This document shows, piece after piece, positions 60,961-64,000 of a DNA stretch of 64,000 nucleotides. The translations under genes and the position numbers were made by a program. The stretch lies in the NCBI RefSeq assembly GCF_006345805.1, contig NC_043010.1, forward strand, positions 32,054,001 through 32,118,000, written 5' to 3'. The notes under the pieces are model-generated. The model was not told the origin of the DNA. It worked only from the letters and a program-made list of their open reading frames with translations, and ran no database searches. Within the stretch, counting starts at the first letter, position 1, and each line of letters opens with the position of its first letter. The stretch is from Octopus sinensis. Lineage: Eukaryota.

Positions 60961-61852
60961 TCATCAGAGAAAAAAAGTTTGTACAACGAACAGAAAATTC
61001 ATAGCTATGTGCATTGAGCAACATGCCAACACCTTGCTGAAAATGGACTGAGAAGTGATATAAATGTACCAAACACAACAGATGACAGTGATCTCACCAC
61101 AATAATGGAAGATGTCTTACATCTGGATATAGAACATCACTAAACACTAAACCATTTTTCTTCATTAATCTTTATGGAATTCTCTTCTATATTTTCCCTT
61201 GTATATGTTAACTTACAACTGTACAGACATCAATCAACTGCCTTAATCTTTCCAATATGAGAAAGCCTGTCTCACTATCTCACTATAGCTATAAGGTCTG
61301 TCTTGCCTGTTCAGTAGAACTTTTTCTGACCATTTTTGGGGCCTTCCTCATTAGTATTGCTGCTCATGTTTTACCATTGTCAGAGGACTTGTCTCACATG
61401 TTTTTGTAAGATACTGTAAATCTCATGGGTACTCCACCATCACCAACTTGACAAAAGTGTAAAATGGTAAAAAAACATGAGAGTGACAGAAATATTCATA
61501 TTAAGATGGGGTGAGAGGAAATAAGAATTAATAACTGCGCAATATTTCTCAGTGGCCTTTATTCCTTTTACTGTCTTTGAAGTGAAAGTAAATTTAATAA
61601 GTGTAAATGATATAAATCTCTTCTTGAAGGTGTGTGTGTCTATGTATATCAAATACATAGCAGTGTGCGTCTATGTCTTTGTTTTGGGTTTAAGTATAGA
61701 TGTGTTCTTATTATCAGTTATGGATACATGGTAGTGTGTGTGTGTGTGTTTTTATCAATGTATATGATATACAACAATGTGTGTGCATATGAATATATGA
61801 TAATGTGTGTGTATGTATTAATGCTCATTTGCACATACACATGCAGACATAC

Positions 61853-61912
<60 letters not shown>

Positions 61913-61929
61913 CATATTATGAATAATAA

Positions 61930-62145
61930 TTCTTTCTTCTAAAGGTATAAAGCCTGAAATTTGTGGGGAGGGGACTAGTTGATTACATTGATCCCAGTTT
62001 TTCGCTGGTACTTAATTTATTGACCCTGAAAGGATGAAAGGCAAAGTTGACCTTGGTGGAATTTGAACTCAGAATGTAGCAATGAGCGAAATACCACTTA
62101 GTACTTTGTCCAGCATGCTAACAATTCTGCCTGCTTGCCACCTTA
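61930..62145 (-). mobile_element. SINE family B
   Basis: GAAAGGATGAAAGGCAAAGTTGACCTTGGTGGAATTTGAACTCAGAA. Confidence 0.85.
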
Positions 62146-62158
62146 TTATTATTATTAT

Positions 62159-62201
<43 letters not shown>

Positions 62202-63702
62202 GATGATGGTGGTGATGATGATGATGGTGTGATGTGATGTGTTGGTCGAAGTGTTTGAGCATTAAACAGAATATCTTGTAGAATATATTAACAGCTTTTA
62301 TGTTCAAATCCTGTTGAGGGGTATGTTGCTTTTATATTTCTGGGATCAATAAAATAAAGCATCAGTCAAGTACAAGAGTTGATTGAATTGACTAAACTCC
62401 TCTCTACAAATCTCTGGCCATGTGCCAATATCAAAAACGATTATTATTATTATAAAGACAATGAGCTGAGGAATCATTAGTACTGGAAAATAACTTTGAG
62501 GCATTTGTTTTAACTCTTTATATTTTGAGTTCATATCTCACTAAAGTCAACGTCACTTTTCATTCTTTCTGGGTCCATGAAGTTATATACTTGTGAAGTA
62601 TTGGGTTTGATGTAATCAACAAAACCCCCATCTCAATGCCTGATCTTATACTGCTACCAACAAAGTTTCTATCTCACCCTTCTGTAGAAATGAAAGAGAA
62701 AATTGAGGAGTACATCAGAAGGATGAGGAAGTTAATGAAGTTAAAACTAAATAGTCTAAATCTCATGAAGGCTGTATATACTTGTGCCATATTGTTAGCA
62801 AATCTAGACTATTACTATTTTTTGTCTCTATCTTTGCAAATCTGTCATGAAAGCTTTCTCTTGCTAGTTGGATTTTATTCATTTTTCTGGTTTTTAACTA
62901 CATTTGGCTTTTTAGTTTTCCTATCTCTGTCTCAAAAGTTAGATGGGTACAAAGGTAATACAGACAGACAAGCACACCCACACATTTACACCTACATACA
63001 CAAATGAAGACTGAAACACATTACCATATACACACATGCACACTTCACACACACATGCACACTCACGAACACATATGGAGATACACATCCATACATAACC
63101 ACACAAACCTATACACATAGATGCACTCAAACATGCACATACAATGTGACACAGGTACACACACAAATACACACACAAACACACAAACATGAACACATAA
63201 ACACATGAATATGTAAAATACATACATATATATATATATATATACATGTATATATATATATATGCATACACACATAGATACATGCATACACATACATACA
63301 TACATACATACATACATACATACATACATACATACATACATGCATATGTGTATACACATGCACACAAACAAGCAAAAAGAACTCAGCTCTGATAATGGAC
63401 AGAGTCAACGACTATTGAAGAGGTCACAAGATGCAATGAAAATTTTAGAAAGAATAAATAATTAAATGAGTGGAAATCGAACCAGTGAGCATGTTAAGTA
63501 ACAAGACACTAAAAGAGAATGATTTTCTCCAGACACAATAAAATATATTTTTTTTATTCTTACTAAAAAAACTTCAGATCATCTGTGTAGAGCAAATGGT
63601 TAATTTTTCCTTCACTATTTCTAAATTGCTAACCTGTCTTTGCTTTTCTTAATACTAAACTGAGTGTGTAGAAGAGAAGACTGTGTTGGTATGGTTATGT
63701 AA

Positions 63703-63933
63703 GGCAGTGAGCTGGCAGAGACGTCAGCACGCCGGGCAAAATGCGTAGCCATATTTCGTCTGCCATTATGTTCTGAGTTCAAATTCCATCGAGGTCGACT
63801 TTGCCTTTCATCCTTTCGGAGTTGATTAAATAAGTACCAGTTACACACTGGGGTCGATATAATCGACTTAATTCATTTGTCTGTCCTTGTTTGTCCTCTC
63901 TGTGTTTAGCCCTTTGTGGGCAGTAAAGAAATA
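63703..63933 (+). mobile_element. Full-length SINE family B with 15-bp TSD
   Basis: GGCAGTGAGCTGGCAGA head and B-box GAGTTCAAATTCC. TSD GGTATGGT(T/C)ATGTAA at 63688-63702 and 63934-63948. Confidence 0.92.
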
Positions 63934-64000
63934 GGTATGGTCATGTAATGTGTATGGATGAGGACAGCTGTATAAAGAAGTGCCGATCCCTAAATGCGGG

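Overview
This is AT-rich animal genomic DNA saturated with (TA)n, (CA)n and (AAT)n microsatellites. The SINE families resemble those I recall from octopus genomes, so the taxon is an inference. I found no supportable host protein-coding gene; almost all listed ORFs are microsatellite translations. The window is mostly decayed transposons: tRNA-derived SINEs, CR1, RTE and R4-like LINE fragments, two Ty3/Gypsy relics, a full-length DD37D (maT) transposon, mariner remnants, MITEs and Penelope-like element (PLE) RT/GIY-YIG relics. The main unexplained signal is a set of mutually non-homologous 250-500 bp foldback (inverted-repeat) elements at 6223, 14111/20725, 26213, 27989 and 29461. Each arm encodes a minimal type I hammerhead-ribozyme fold with a palindromic helix III, pointing outward from the hairpin centre, so either strand carries a ribozyme. 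Some have non-canonical cores (G3:C8 swap, U4C). Single-copy hammerhead-like PLE termini also occur, as does a 30-bp minisatellite born inside a SINE tail. All folds were paired by eye and none is shown to be active.
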